This document shows positions 1 to 12,466 of a stretch of DNA of 64,000 nucleotides, piece by piece. Every line of letters starts with the position of its first letter. The stretch's first letter is position 1. Below the pieces are notes generated by a model that did not search any database, was not told the DNA's origin, and saw nothing but the letters and a program-made list of their open reading frames with translations. The position numbers were made by a program, and so were the translations under genes. This stretch comes from Selaginella moellendorffii (lineage: Eukaryota; Plantae; Lycopodiophyta), in the NCBI RefSeq assembly GCF_000143415.4, contig NW_003314278.1, forward strand, positions 1,624,362 to 1,688,361. The letters are read 5' to 3'.

Positions 1-490
1 TTTCAGGGGCGATCAGCCAAGGGGCGAGCGAACGGTGACAATGGGCAGCGGCAGCAATCAGCAACGATCAGCCCAGGGGTAAAGGTAAATTCCACACTTG
101 CTGGTCACTCCACCGCCACCATGGTTAGTGCTAATGCAAAGGAGCAGGAGACCTCTCATGCTAACTTTCGGAGGGTGTGTTTCAATGCTTGTAGATTTGA
201 CTTTGCTGGAGGACTGTGCTAGGTGCTTGTGGCAAGTGGAAAAATGCAAGCATTGGGCAGCTAGCGTTTGAGTCACTGCTAGAGCTTGGTGATGATCGAG
301 ACGTTGCAGCAGCCTATTTATTGATGGTGAAAGCCCGATGAAGATATATTGTCACGCAAGGATATTTTCCGACTTTGTCACGCTGTTCTAGCAGCGCCGA
401 TCTTAAAATACAGTATAAAAGAAGTGACATTTCAACCAGGCTGAAAGAAGGCTCTCATTTACTCTCATCCTTTCAGAAGCAGAAGGCAGT

Positions 491-1619
491 ATGGCGCCTG
501 GATCTAGCACCATGAGTGAAGATGCTCAAGGCCACTTTGATCTCAAGAGCATGATCTTCTCGCTGGTGACTCCTTTCATGCTCAAGGCTGTGGTGCTGCT
601 TGGCATTCCCGAGATGATCTCCAAGGCAGGGCCGCTCTCCCTCAAGCAGATCGTGTCACGTCTCTCAAATCCCAAGAACTGTCAGCCGGATCTCCTCGAG
701 AGAATCCTCCAGTTTCTGGTCCACAAGCGGGCACTGAGCGAGAAGATCGAGAAAGATGGAGAAACGTACTACGGCCTCACTCCAATCTCAAAGTGGCTCG
801 CGGAAGAGCACCATCTCCTGCTCTTGTGCACGCACGAGTATCCCATGGCCGCGTTCCAAAAAGTGAACGAAGCGGTGCTGGATGGAGGCCACGCTTACGA
901 GATGGTCAACAAAGTTCGTCTTTGGGAGCACGACCCCGGCCACGGCGACGAGTACGTGGAGCTGCTCAACAAGGCTACGCTCGCATGGAGCACCGTCACT
1001 ATCTCCCTCGTCCTCGAGCACTACGATGGATTCAAAGACGTGAAGAAGCTCGTGGATGTTGGCGGTGGCCTTGGAATGTGCATGGGCAAGATCGTGGAGA
1101 AATATCCCCACATCGAAGGTGTCAACTTTGATCTCCCTCACACCGTTTCGAGCGCTCCAGCCTTTCCCGGTAAGATTCAAGACACGTTTTCTTTTGATTT
1201 CTTCATGTTTTTTCTTAACAGGTGTTGCTCATGTGGGAGGCAACATGTTTGAGAGTGTACCAAGTGCTGATGCTCTTCTTATCAAGGTACTCTGTCTTCT
1301 TTTCCTTGACGTTATGATCTTCGTGGTGTTTCTTCAGTCTGTAATCATCAATTTTAGCGACGAGGATTGCCTCAGGATGCTGGCGAATTGCTACAAAGCT
1401 CTGCCACGAGGAGGCAAACTGATAGTGATCGAGCTCATATACTCCAAGGAGAGACCATTCGAGATGGATCTGGACATGATTATGATCGGCTTCACAGACG
1501 GTGGCAAGACCAGGCGATTTGAAGAACACAAAGCGCTGCTCGAGAACAGTGGCTTTGGCAACGTTTCCCTCGTGTCCGTTCCTTCCAAGGAGCAAGTTAT
1601 AGAAGCTTACAAGCTCTAA
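491..1619 (+). CDS. Class II (COMT-like) SAM-dependent O-methyltransferase family protein; exons 491-1169, 1222-1286, 1338-1619
   Basis: N-terminal dimerisation region, VDVGGGLG, NFDLPH, VGGNMF, GGKLIVIE. Two GT-AG introns join the 491 and 1056 ORFs in frame. Confidence 0.9.
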
Positions 1620-1924
1620 ACAAAGTGAATAAGATGTTTGTGCTAGTTGTATTTTAGAGTTTATTGTCACCGTTGACAATATAGACTCGAGCATCATCGA
1701 TAAAAATAAAAGAGTTCCAGGCTTGGATCATATTCTTCCTGGAGATTTTACCGCTTCAACTTTGGCAATGGGATAGGTAACTAAAACATGAGTCATGTCC
1801 AGAACTGGGGGTTGGTCTTTGACTCTACGTCCAGAGAAGACATGGTAAACTGGAACGCTCTATATAGCATATTCACAAAGTTTTCAGCCTCTTTCATACT
1901 TTCGTCTCAGTTTTACCGGTGTTG

Positions 1925-2160
1925 GGCAGCTAGCATTCAAGTCACTGCTGGAGATTGATGATGATCTAGATGTTGCAACAGTGATGGTGAAAGCCCGTAT
2001 CTTGACTTTGTCATGCAAGGATATTTTCTGACTTTGTCTGGCAGCATGGATCTTAAAATACAGTAGACAAGGAAGTGACATTTCAACCAGGCTTAAAGAA
2101 GGCTCTCATATAGTCTCGTCCTTTTAGAAACAGTAGGCAGTATGGTGCCTGGATCTAGCT
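1925..2160 (+). repeat. Diverged duplicate of the OMT upstream region and first codons (ATG GTG CCT GGA TCT AGC), truncated
   Basis: Collinear similarity to ~255-510 (gatcttaaaatacagta, gaagtgacatttcaaccaggct, ggcagtatgg-gcctggatctagc). Similarity stops abruptly at ~2160. Confidence 0.8.
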
Positions 2161-2763
2161 GTCAGAACAGATCACTATGTTACTAGAGCATGGTGGCATG
2201 ATTCTAGGAACCCCTTATGTATATCAAGATGTGAGACTTTGAAGGTGTAATACAAATCTTGTACGAGAGGAATGAATGTTCTTTTTGTTTTAGGGTTTCC
2301 TTTGGCATGAGAAGCAAGATCATGAAAACAAGTGGCAGAAGATTGGGTCATGGGTAGGGTAAGCCCATCTTTGCCCAAGCGAGGTGTTAGCCCAACAAGT
2401 TGTGAACTAGCTTAATGAGACTTACATCAGCATCGTCTAACCAAAGCTTGCCACATGTACTAAGTTTAGAGCTTGCAGTCTCAAAGTGCATTCGATCCAG
2501 CACCATAGCTTGGATTTCCTGCAGCTCATGGCACAACATTTCCATAGCTATATCAAATTTCTTACTTGGTCTAGGGTTTTTGAACTCCTCTCCTCTCTAG
2601 GTTTATCTAGAACTGACACTCATTTTTTTTAATTTCTTTTCTTAGCTCAGCTTAGAAACAGTCTTCGTTGAACTTTTTGAAAATTGGATGGATCCCTTCT
2701 CATTGTATTGCTGCCACTGCTTGAATTCCTTCATTGCCGGAGATGGGATGAAATGCAAGTGTA

Positions 2764-3120
2764 TAGTGGGTAAAAGAGGGGCCAAATATTAGTATTATTT
2801 AAATAAACCTAAAGGATGCCATAACTTTCTTGAGAGCTTGACTTTTTTAATTACACCCCTTAATATCAAATTTAATATGTGATGTGATTCCCCTAGCCAA
2901 TCAACAGAATTGGGCTTAAAAACTTTTGATTAAATTGCCAAATGTCAAATTTAATATATAGTGTGATTCCCTTAACCAACTAACAAAGTCAGACCTAAAA
3001 GGCTTGTTTTTTTTATTGAATTGTTAAATGTCAATTTCAATATATAGTAAGATTTCCCTAGCCAAATGTTAATCTCAACATATAACATGATTTTTTTTAC
3101 TAAAGACCCCTTTGACACTA
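2764..3120. mobile_element. Possible small non-autonomous element (MITE-like) with internal ~80 bp repeats
   Basis: Imperfect terminal inverted repeats (tagtgggtaaaagagggg ... gacccctttgacacta) and three internal copies of tcaaatttaatat..gtgattccc-tagccaa. No TSD seen. Confidence 0.35.
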
Positions 3121-3449
3121 AATAGAAACTTTAATTGATTGAAAAAGAGGGAGTTATTCTTTTTAATTATTTACATTAGCTTAACAAATGAGTCATTACC
3201 TATCAAAGAAAGAAAGAGGTAAGTAGATAAATCAAACACAAATAGATATTAGAATGATTAGAATGGGAAAATGGTTGAGCTTTGAGGATATTAGATTTTA
3301 AGTTTTTGTTATAGCATAATAATGTATTCAAGTGGCTTTTAATTATGGAGGTAAAACTCAACAAAAATATATTTTTTAGGAATTTTTTTAGAAGAGATCA
3401 ATCACTAGCAGTGATATCTTTAAAGGATGTAGTAAAAATGCAAAACCAA

Positions 3450-5900
3450 TTGTATCAAAAATAATATAAAGATTTTGAGTAAAAGAATATTATTGCAAAG
3501 TCAATTCTCATTTAGAGAGTGCACTAAAAAACTATTCTCAAGGTGAAGAAATATCTTAATTCATTAGAAGTAAAACACTCTTCAACAATTTTATTACAAA
3601 TAATAATAAATGATAGATATAACTATTTTTTTTTATAAATGGTGAATTGTAAGTAAAGATATCAAGAGAAAGCTTAAGATTATATTAAGAAATGACTCTT
3701 CGCAGTGATAAACTTTAAAGTATAAAATTGGATTTTTCAAGTGCTATTAGAGTTTTATTAATTTTTTTATTGAATGAAAAGTTTTAAATGGCCAAGTTGA
3801 AGCTTCAAGAAACTCAAACATGACAAAGTTTTGACCAAGTCATTACCAACATTTATCATTATGCAAGCTTAAGTGGTATTTTTGAAGTTAAAAATAAACA
3901 TAAAGATAATAATGACTAATAAAAGGAAGAGAGATATGGCTTTAGTTGTGAGAATGTCAGAGCACTTCTCCAATAATATCTAGAAGCCAACTTAGATTTT
4001 GACACTTCTCAATCTCAGCATAATCTGTATGAAAACTAGATAAGTCCTCAAAGTTTAAAGTACTTTCCAAAAAATCATCATGTTCATTATAGTGTATTAT
4101 TATAAAAGTGACAACTAATCCTTTACATTTATAATTGCTTTGTGAATTTAGAAAATTGGCTGTAACATATCCAAATCTATAACATTCATTACAACATATT
4201 TCATATGAGACTGCTCCACCGAATTCTTAGATGTTTTTGAATTATATGAAGCTACACACCATATAACATTGGACAAAACTCTCTTTTATCAAAGCAAATA
4301 TAAGAAGTTTTCAATGTCTACAAATACTAAAAGTGGTGAGGATTTATGATTAATTGCTTTTGGTACAATCTATTTTCCCATTTTCAATCTTAAGATTACT
4401 AATGTTTTGTATATCCCTAAGCTTGTTTGTCATCTTTTATATATCTCTAAGCTTTTAAAACAAGGAATCTATATGGTTTTCCATAGGACAAGAGCAAATT
4501 TCAATTTCAATAAAACTCAAATAACTTAGGCTACATATATAAATGGACTTTATTATGTTTCTTTAGATACTTTGGCAGCTCATACTATTTCAATATTTAA
4601 TGATTCTGTATTATAATTATGGCACTATGGATTAACATATGCAAGTTTTTGTCGTGTTACAAACACTAGCACTGTTAAATGGTATACCATAACTGGAAAG
4701 ACCAAGTCTAGAAGATTGCAATGCATATTTTCAAGCAAAAATGAAGAAGCCATAACCCAAAAAGGTAAGACTCAAGGTACTTTTTTATTAGCATTAGTTC
4801 ATATAGATATCTAGGGTTTATCTGATTTTAAATGAGACTAAATATTTCTTACTAATTGTGGATGACTTCAGTCATCACACTTTTGTTTACTTCCTAAAAT
4901 AAACTCCTCTCAAATTTTACAATTCCATTCAAATAGTCTCTGAATTCTTCATATTGATGGAGGCCAAAAACTACTTTTTACAAAGGTCCAAACCATCCTT
5001 GCAAATATCCACACTATACGATCACAAATAAAATGGAGTTGTAGAGAGAGATGCTCACTATTTTGGATGTTTCTCACAAAGCATATGTTTCATATAAGCA
5101 GAGGCAGTCAATACTGCAGTATATTCAGAATGTACTACCCCTTCTGAATTATGGACAGGTATGAAACCATCTTTTACTTACGTGCTTTTTGCTGTATAGG
5201 ATACTCCCATACCTTTGATGAACAAAGACAAAACAAGTGGGAAGATAGGACTATTATATACATGATGCTAGGCTATAGCAAGACCACAAAAGAAGGATAT
5301 CAAGTGTGGTTTTTAGCCAGAAGAAATTCCTAGTTTGGAGGACTCGTCTCTTTAGAGAAATGATCCCTACATACTCAACTTCTACTTCAATTGGAAGTTC
5401 TAATACTTAGGTATTTATCAGACTTCAATCTAACTGTGTCTTGGCAGCTTGAGGAACAACGATGTCACTCCCTCCATAACCACCTCCACTGATAAAAACA
5501 ACTGCCAGCAGATTTTCCTCAACTTATAGTGATTTAACTATAGGTACTCTTATGTTGAAAGTTCTATAGAAGAACAAGACGTTGAACAAACTATTCAAAT
5601 AGAGCTTGAACGAGAATGGATTCCTAGCATCACTCAACCAGAACCTAGAAGCCAACAAGAAATATTCTACAATATCATGCTTAGGTTGCTCAAGTTATCC
5701 AAGAACCTCTAACTTTACAGGAAGTACTTGGAGGACCACAAAGATTTCACTGAAAGGCTGCTATGCAAAGTGAGTATAACGCTCAGCTTGAGAATGATAC
5801 ATGGAGCCTTGTTCCTAGGGAGTCTATACCTACAGGCACATCGATTATAAAGTGTAAGTGGATCCACAACCTCAAATACAAGGAGTCAAACGAGATCGAA
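3450..5900 (+). mobile_element. Decayed Ty1/copia retrotransposon gag-pol remnant, truncated at the start of RT
   Basis: Stop/frameshift-riddled motifs in copia order: integrase LVHxDI (~4790), DDFSxxxFVYFL (4861), NGVxER (~5030), EAVNTA (5100), LRxFxC (~5180), then RT-proximal EPxTxxE..AMxxEY..ENDTWSLVP and CKWI (5700-5870). Confidence 0.85.
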
Positions 5901-5902
5901 CA

Positions 5903-6433
5903 CTAAAAGGCATGGTTAGTAGCAAAAGGATGCAGCCCGTTCTTGGAATATGCCGTTAGCATCGCATTCCAGGACGAAGAGCAATCGCGATCATCGCGTT
6001 TCAGGCGATGGTGTTGTTCCGTCGATTGGAACAGGCTCCAGAATTCTTGGAAACTCCCGCTCTGGGAATGCGCGGTGAGCAGTGCAGTCCAGGAGACGGT
6101 GTTGTGCCGTGCCATCTCGCTGGAAGATCTCTTTGGCTTGTTCCAGATGCCCGCTCTGCCAGGAGAAGGTGTTTGGCTCCTCCAGATCGTCAAGAACAGC
6201 GCGCGCGCGCGCTCCAGACTCCCGCATTTTCCATACATCTCGATGCTCTCCAGGTGCCGATTGCGGGAGTGCTTGGTTGCAAGGATCTGGGAGTGGAGCT
6301 TCTTTTCTTGGGAGAGATCTCTGGAGTGACCGCAAGATTTGACGAGCTGCAGGCAGAGCTGGAGATCGGCATGGTAGCCTTGCTGCTCGAGAAGATCGAT
6401 TGGAGCACAAATACCTTCTTCTCGCATATTCAC
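5903..6433 (-). pseudogene. PPR gene 5' fragment, frameshifted and truncated
   Basis: LVKSCG..IEMYGKCGSLERAR, VSWTALL and WNAML motifs spread over two frames; abuts the copia remnant. Confidence 0.8.
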
Positions 6434-6459
6434 GTTTTAGGTCTCCATTTGATATTGCG

Positions 6460-7943
6460 ATGCGCAGGTTGCGTTCTCTACTCGCGTTGAGAAGGGGTGA
6501 GTGGTTCCTTGTCTTGAGCGCTTTTACTCTTGACGATTGGATCAAACGTTGTGTGTAGGCTTTTGCTCCTCCAGCGGTAGTGGTGATTACATTCTTAGCT
6601 GCGTCAGCTCGAGTGAAGAGGTATGCAGTACCATTGATTGAATGAAGAACACACTAACGAGGATTTTAGATCGAGATTCATAGTGTCAAAGCCGATGCTC
6701 TCGTTCGGCAAGCTCAGAGAACGCTTCAAACTTCTCGAATGGTATGTCGAGCCTGCTCATTTCTCGGATTGGTTATTGTTTTTTCTCCTTTAGTCGTCGA
6801 TTGTTCTTGGTAATGCGATGATGGGATCGGTTCTTTTCAGCTCGATTTTTCCCGAGGCGAATGCTATCACGGTGCGATGCGTTTTGCCTTTCTCTATCAT
6901 TATTTGCAAGTGAGTTGATGATGTTTTTCGTCAGATATCAACTGTATGCGATGGACGTCTTGGATTTGTTCATGCGGCCACTACATTTGATGGTTTCACG
7001 ACGGGTCACGTCCACAATCCAAGCCACAGTTCTCATGGAAACGTAAGTCCCCGCTTTAATAAAACTATGGAACTTAATTTGGCATATCTTCAGATGATCA
7101 TGGCCACGGTAGTCAGAGAGTGTGACATGCGCCTGTCTATAAGCCTATCGAAGTCTCACAGAACATTTGTGTAAGTACGCTCCATCTAGCAAGTGATTTT
7201 CGTTTCTATTCTTCTGTTCTTTTCTCATTTTGTAGGTCCCCGATGGGACCATCTCGTGAAGTTGCAGAGAGCTTAGCATATTTTCTTTGGAAAAACCAGA
7301 AGGTAATATTGATTGGTCGCTCTGTTTTCTTCACGCATTGTCTTTCATCCTTGCAGATGGATACAGCAGCTAGCTTAGCTATGAAATTTGACGAACACAA
7401 CATTGTAAAGACTGCCCGAGGTTTCATTATTCAGGTAACCTGATTATTTTCCATGTTTTGGTATAGATAAACTCTTGTGTTTGACCGCAGGTGTATCCTC
7501 TGTCTGAAAAATTCGCCTGCCATCAGCTGCGCGAGAACATTGAAAACTCTCCTTCACTTGCTGATCTGGACGATACGGACGCAAGAGACATTATTGAGAA
7601 GCTTCTGCATGGGATTGAACCTGGCAGTTTTTCACAGCGTGATCTCAAATTCCAACCTGTTGGTGAAGAGGAGCAGCAGAGGTTTCTGGGGCAGCGAGAA
7701 AAGCTGTTTTCTTCAAACCAGGCAAGAACCTATGAGAAAATGATTAACAATCCTACATCGCAGGACTTTGAAGAAACAAAGCTCCCACCTCAGCATCCGT
7801 CCGACCTCTATAAGCTTGCCAATGGCGCGTTTACAAGCAAGATTGGAACGACTCGGAGGGGACCTCGCAGACCAGAAATAAGGATGCCGCGCATGGTACA
7901 CACACCTTCCCGTGAGCGTTCTTTCAAGGTATTCACTTTCTGA
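6460..7943 (+). CDS. Hsp33 (HslO)-fold chaperone-like protein, 343 aa, 9 exons: 6460-6496, 6559-6620, 6670-6741, 6794-6871, 6935-7042, 7094-7170, 7236-7302, 7357-7434, 7491-7943
   Basis: All eight introns are GT-AG and phase-compatible (1032 nt CDS). Spliced protein DYILSC..ALVRQAQR..IVLGNAMMGSVL..CDGRLGFVHA..DGFTTGHVHNP..EVAESLAYFL..KTARGFIIQVYP parallels the Hsp33 consensus (ALGR, GDGPLG, RGYVxNP, EIAEDLAYY, AAGGFLIQLLP). Confidence 0.8.
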
Positions 7944-9083
7944 ACTAGTTGACAGGGGAAAAACGAATGGCGCTGTTGTCATGTAAAATTGCTAAGCTAT
8001 CTTTGCGTCGTGCAGCGACATGGTGGGATCAATGAGCAGGAAATGACGGAGAATGGTTTCGAACAAAGGAAAAGGTGATTTTTCATTCATTCGTATAAGC
8101 TTTTACTTTTGGTGGAGCAAGGTGGTGAACGAAACGGGTACTGCTGGATGGTATCAGCCAGGGAGAGGACGACACGGCTGTCCATGGGCTACACCAGTGG
8201 GACGACCACGAAATCATATGTGTGGTTCCTCACACTCAAAAGGATTCGAGTATGGAATGTTGTGGCTGTTGTTGGAAGGAGCAACGTAAGGCTCGAGAAT
8301 GCGGGTCCTGTGAAAACCAGGTCAACATAGATCATAGAAGAACGTCAGAGGTGCCATCTCGTCAAAGCTTTGGATGTCAATTGTGGGAGGCGAGTCGGTG
8401 CTGCCCAAGGGGATAAAGTTGCCACTCGCCACGGTGGTAGAGCCGTATTGGATGGGCGATTCATCCTTGATACAGCAACTTCCAATGCCATCTTTCTCAC
8501 TCCAGTGTTCTTGTGTTGCTTGTAACACTCTTAAACGCAGTAAAATTGACGGGAGACAATTGTAGTAGTTAAATATTTTGGTTTATAACCTTTAGTATGA
8601 ATTTAGAGAATCTTTTAAGTCTATTTTCCGTGCAGGTAGGTAAGACCTCGACTGAAGTTTCGACTTCCGAGTGCCAGCAATTTGTAAACCGCGTGACTTT
8701 TTCACCATGGAAAAGGGGGTTGCACTCCACCTGGAAAGGGAGTGTTAAAATCATAACTTGCAACTTGTAAAATATGCTTGAACTTTGGCTAAAACTGCGT
8801 CTCCCCGACGTCTAATTGCAGTATTTCTGACTCTTTATGGAGGGCCCTGCGCATCTCGTTTCTGCATCTTTGTTTTTGAATAAGAGCCCAGAACAACAAA
8901 GAGCAGATTATAAGGGCTATAGTTGCAGTAACACTGCATATGCAATGGCAAGCTAGGAACTCATTCCATGGGATGGTTTGGAAATTGGAACTTGAGAAAG
9001 GCAGCATGGGAAAAAAAAGAGAGCATTCGAGGCCTCAAGAGCATTATTTATGTAATCTTATATGGAACATCTTGTTGCACCGT

Positions 9084-9440
9084 TCAAGGTTTAGACGGGG
9101 TCCCTTTAGGAGGTAAATAATTGTCCCCCACGCAGATGATTTTACCATTACGAATGAGAGCGCATCTACCACCACTGTACTGCTGCCTGATGGTGCAGCA
9201 ATTCTGACAGTGTTCCGGGAATATTACATCGCCGCATTGGAGGATAGAGTCGGCAAGGCATTCCTTCGTGCAAGCTGCATGAAACACGTTTAGCGAACCC
9301 CCATGAAATGGAGACTCGACTCAGATGAATAAAGATCGCTGGATTCAGCATTTTGCTTCCTTACCTTGAGCTTCTGTTTTTCCCAGCAGCACCAGCAGAG
9401 CTGCGAGCAGTAAGCAGAGCGAAAATAAGTGAGACCTCAT
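9084..9440 (-). CDS. Secreted single-domain potato type II (Pin-II/I20)-like proteinase inhibitor, copy 1 (exons 9440-9365, 9274-9084; 88 aa; loop CTKEC)
   Basis: Signal peptide MRSHLFSLCLLLAALLVLLGKTEAQ, phase-1 GT-AG intron, 8-Cys domain ACTKEC..C..CQNCC..C..IIC, upstream CTATAAAA. Confidence 0.8.
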
Positions 9441-10139
9441 TGTGGGCGACGAGGAGTAAGAAGCGATGCTTGAATGCTTGCTTTCGTGGGGATTTTATAG
9501 TCAGCTGGATTTTCTGCTGGATAGAAAGTTCCTGGCCTGTGCTTCTCTAGTGATGTGTTTGTATCTTTGCGCTCCTGGTTTAGCATGCCGTACACGGAAA
9601 GCGCATCGACGAAAGGTGAGCGATGATTTTTTATCCTGATTATCGTGTGCTTATCCTGATTTTCGTGTGCTCGGTGTTCTTGGTAGCCCAGTCAAGAAAG
9701 TACCAGAGTTGAATATGAGATGAAGCTACAGAACGTCAAAGAAACACGTGGAAAGAACGCATGAAAATTCGATGGTTAGGCTTTTGGAGGAGGCATAAAA
9801 AGTCTCTCAAAACCTGCAACTTGAGGAGATTTTACAAATTTTCCTGTCAAGGACGTAGTATCCTCGACCCCCATAGCTGCAGCCTTTAGGAGCACTGTTT
9901 CCTGGAACGCTATGCTTCACGGCTATTCTGGCGACTCATTGTTATTAAGACAAGTTATTCTTTTAAAACCAGGCCAGAACCTGTCCAACCCAATGGAGCA
10001 TTTACAAGCAAGATTGGAACAACTGCCAAGGGTCACTGTAGACCAGAAATAAGGATGCTGCGCGGGTACACATGCCTTCATCAAAGTCACGAGAAGGCAT
10101 CCTTTCAAGGTATTCTCTTGGTATTAATCATAGCCAATT

Positions 10140-10750
10140 GTGAAAGGTGTTCTGCTATCCAGCTTAGCGGCTCAAAATGCTATACATGGTATCCACAGGG
10201 AACAACCTCACTGAAGAAGCTAGAGCAGCATTTCTGGAGGAATTTAAAAGAGCAGTGTATGCAACGTGGTTGGCTTGGAATGGCATCGTGTGGAGCAGCT
10301 CTTGGGCCTCTGGTATCTTGCCGGCCCGGCCAAGGATGTCGATCATACAGCAGTAGTGATCAATTGTCTCAGCGATGGAGTGATTGAAGCTCATGGAGAA
10401 GAAGTGGTGGATTGCCAGAGCGAGCAAGCCAATGTGGTTACAGGCGATCAAGGTGGCGATGAGAGTGGTGGCATCGGGCTCTACTCCTTCACACGCCATC
10501 CTCTTGTAAAGATCCAAGGTTTCTACGGCGTGGGCGTTCTTGGCATAGCCATGAAGCATCGCGTTCCAGGAAACAGTGTTCCTCTCCGGCATTGTCTCAA
10601 AGATCTTGCGTGATCGATCAAGACGTTGCTGCTATGGCCTTGAGAGGGATCGCTCCTCAATTTCCCCATCTTGGGCATGTGCTACAAGAACAAGTTCCAG
10701 GCCAGTGGTTTTTCTGAGGGAAAGGTTTCGAGAAGATTTTGTGCTTCCTC
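10140..10750 (-). pseudogene. PPR 3' fragment derived from the 19922-21991 gene
   Basis: MPERNTVSWNAMLHGY..HYCCMIDILGRAG nearly identical to the parent; 5' part missing and deleted. Confidence 0.85.
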
Positions 10751-12131
10751 CAAACCAGGCAAGAACCTATGAGAAAATGATTAACAATCCTACATCGCAG
10801 GACTTTGAAGAAACAAAGCTCCCACCTCAGCATCCGTCCGACCTCTATAAGCTTGAGCAAGATTGGAACGACTCGAAGGGGACCTCGCCGACCAGAAATA
10901 AGGATGCCGCGCATGGTACACACACCTTCCCGTGAGCGTTCTTTCAAGGTATTCACTTTCTGAACTAGTTGACAGGGGAAAAACGAATGGCGCTGTTGTC
11001 ATGTAAAATTGCTAAGCTATCTTTGCGTCGTGCAGCGACATGGTGGGATCAATGAGCAGGAAATGACGGAGAATGGTTTCGAACAAAGGAAAAGGTGATT
11101 TTTCATTCATTCGTATAAGCTTTTACTTTTGGTGGAGCAAGGTGGTGAACGAAACGGGTACTGCTGGATGGTATCAGCCAGGGAGAGGACGACACGGCTG
11201 TCCATGGGCTACACCAGTGGGACGACCACGAAATCATATGTGTGGTTCCTCACACTCAAAAGGATTCGAGTATGGAATGTTGTGGCTGTTGTTGGAAGGA
11301 GCAACGTAAGGCTCGAGAATGCGGGTCCTGTGAAAACCAGGTCAACATAGATCATAGAAGAACGTCAGAGGTGCCATCTCGTCAAAGCTTTGGATGTCAA
11401 TTGTGGGAGGCGAGTCGGTGCTGCCCAAGGGGATAAAGTTGCCACTCGCCACGGTGGTAGAGCCGTATTGGATGGGCGATTCATCCTTGATACAGCAACT
11501 TCCAATGCCATCTTTCTCACTCCAGTGTTCTTGTGTTGCTTGTAACACTCTTAAACGCAGTAAAATTGACGGGAGACATTTTGGTTTATAACCTTTAGTA
11601 TGAATTTAGAATATACAGCTTTGTGGCTTGATCTTTTAAGTCTGTTTTCCGTGCAGGTAGGTAAGACCTCGACTGAAGTTTCGACTTCCGAGTGCCAGTG
11701 TACGCAATTTGTAAACCGCGTGACTTTTTCACCATGGAAAAGGGGGTTTACAAATTGCACTCCACCTGGAAATGGAGTGTTGGCTTTTAAAATCATAACT
11801 TGCAACTTGTAAAATGAAACGCACAAAATGCTTGAACTTTGGCTAAAGCGTCTCCCCGACGTCTAGTTGCAGTATTCTGACTCTTTGGGAAGGGCCCTGC
11901 GCATCTCGTTTCTGCATCTTTGTTTTTGAATAAGAGCCCAGAACTACAAAGAGCAGATTATAAGGGCTGTAGTTGCAGCAACACTGCATGCAATGGCGAG
12001 CTAGGAACTCATTCCATGGGATGGTTTGGAAATTGGAACTTGAGAAAGGCAGCATGGGAAAAAAAAGAGAGCATTCGAGGCCTCAAGAGCATTATTTATG
12101 TAATCTTATATGGAACATCTTGTTGCACCGT

Positions 12132-12466
12132 TCAAGGTCTAGACGGGGTCCCTTTAGGAGGTAAATAATTGTCCCCCACGCAGATGATTTTTCCATTACG
12201 AATGAGAGCGCATCTACCACCATTGTACTGCCGCCTGATGGTGCAGCAATTCTGACAGTGTTGCGGGAATATTACATCGCCGCATCGGAGGATAGAGTCG
12301 GCAAGGCATTCCCTCGTGCAAGCTGCAGGAGCGAACCCCCATGAAATGGAGACTCGACTCAAATGAATAAACAGCATTTTGCTTCCTTACCTTGAGCTTC
12401 TGTTTTTCCCAGCAGCACCAGCAGAGCTGCGAGCAGTAAGCAGAGCGAAAATAAATGAGACCTCAT
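12132..12466 (-). CDS. Pin-II-like proteinase inhibitor, copy 2 (exons 12466-12391, 12322-12132; loop CTREC)
   Basis: Same 76+191 nt exon structure, intact splice sites, 8 Cys. Confidence 0.8.

Noticed and set aside
1-300. Possible exon fragment at the window start
   Set aside because: A donor-like site exists near 85, but there is too little sequence to assign a gene.
2160-2760. Candidate 5' LTR of the copia element
   Set aside because: No matching second LTR, primer-binding site or TSD could be identified in the window.
7990-9050. Short ORFs in the duplicated blocks (8053, 8222, 8322, 8789 and copies at 11073-12168)
   Set aside because: No recognisable motif. Their identity between copies reflects recent duplication, and the more diverged copies are frameshifted.
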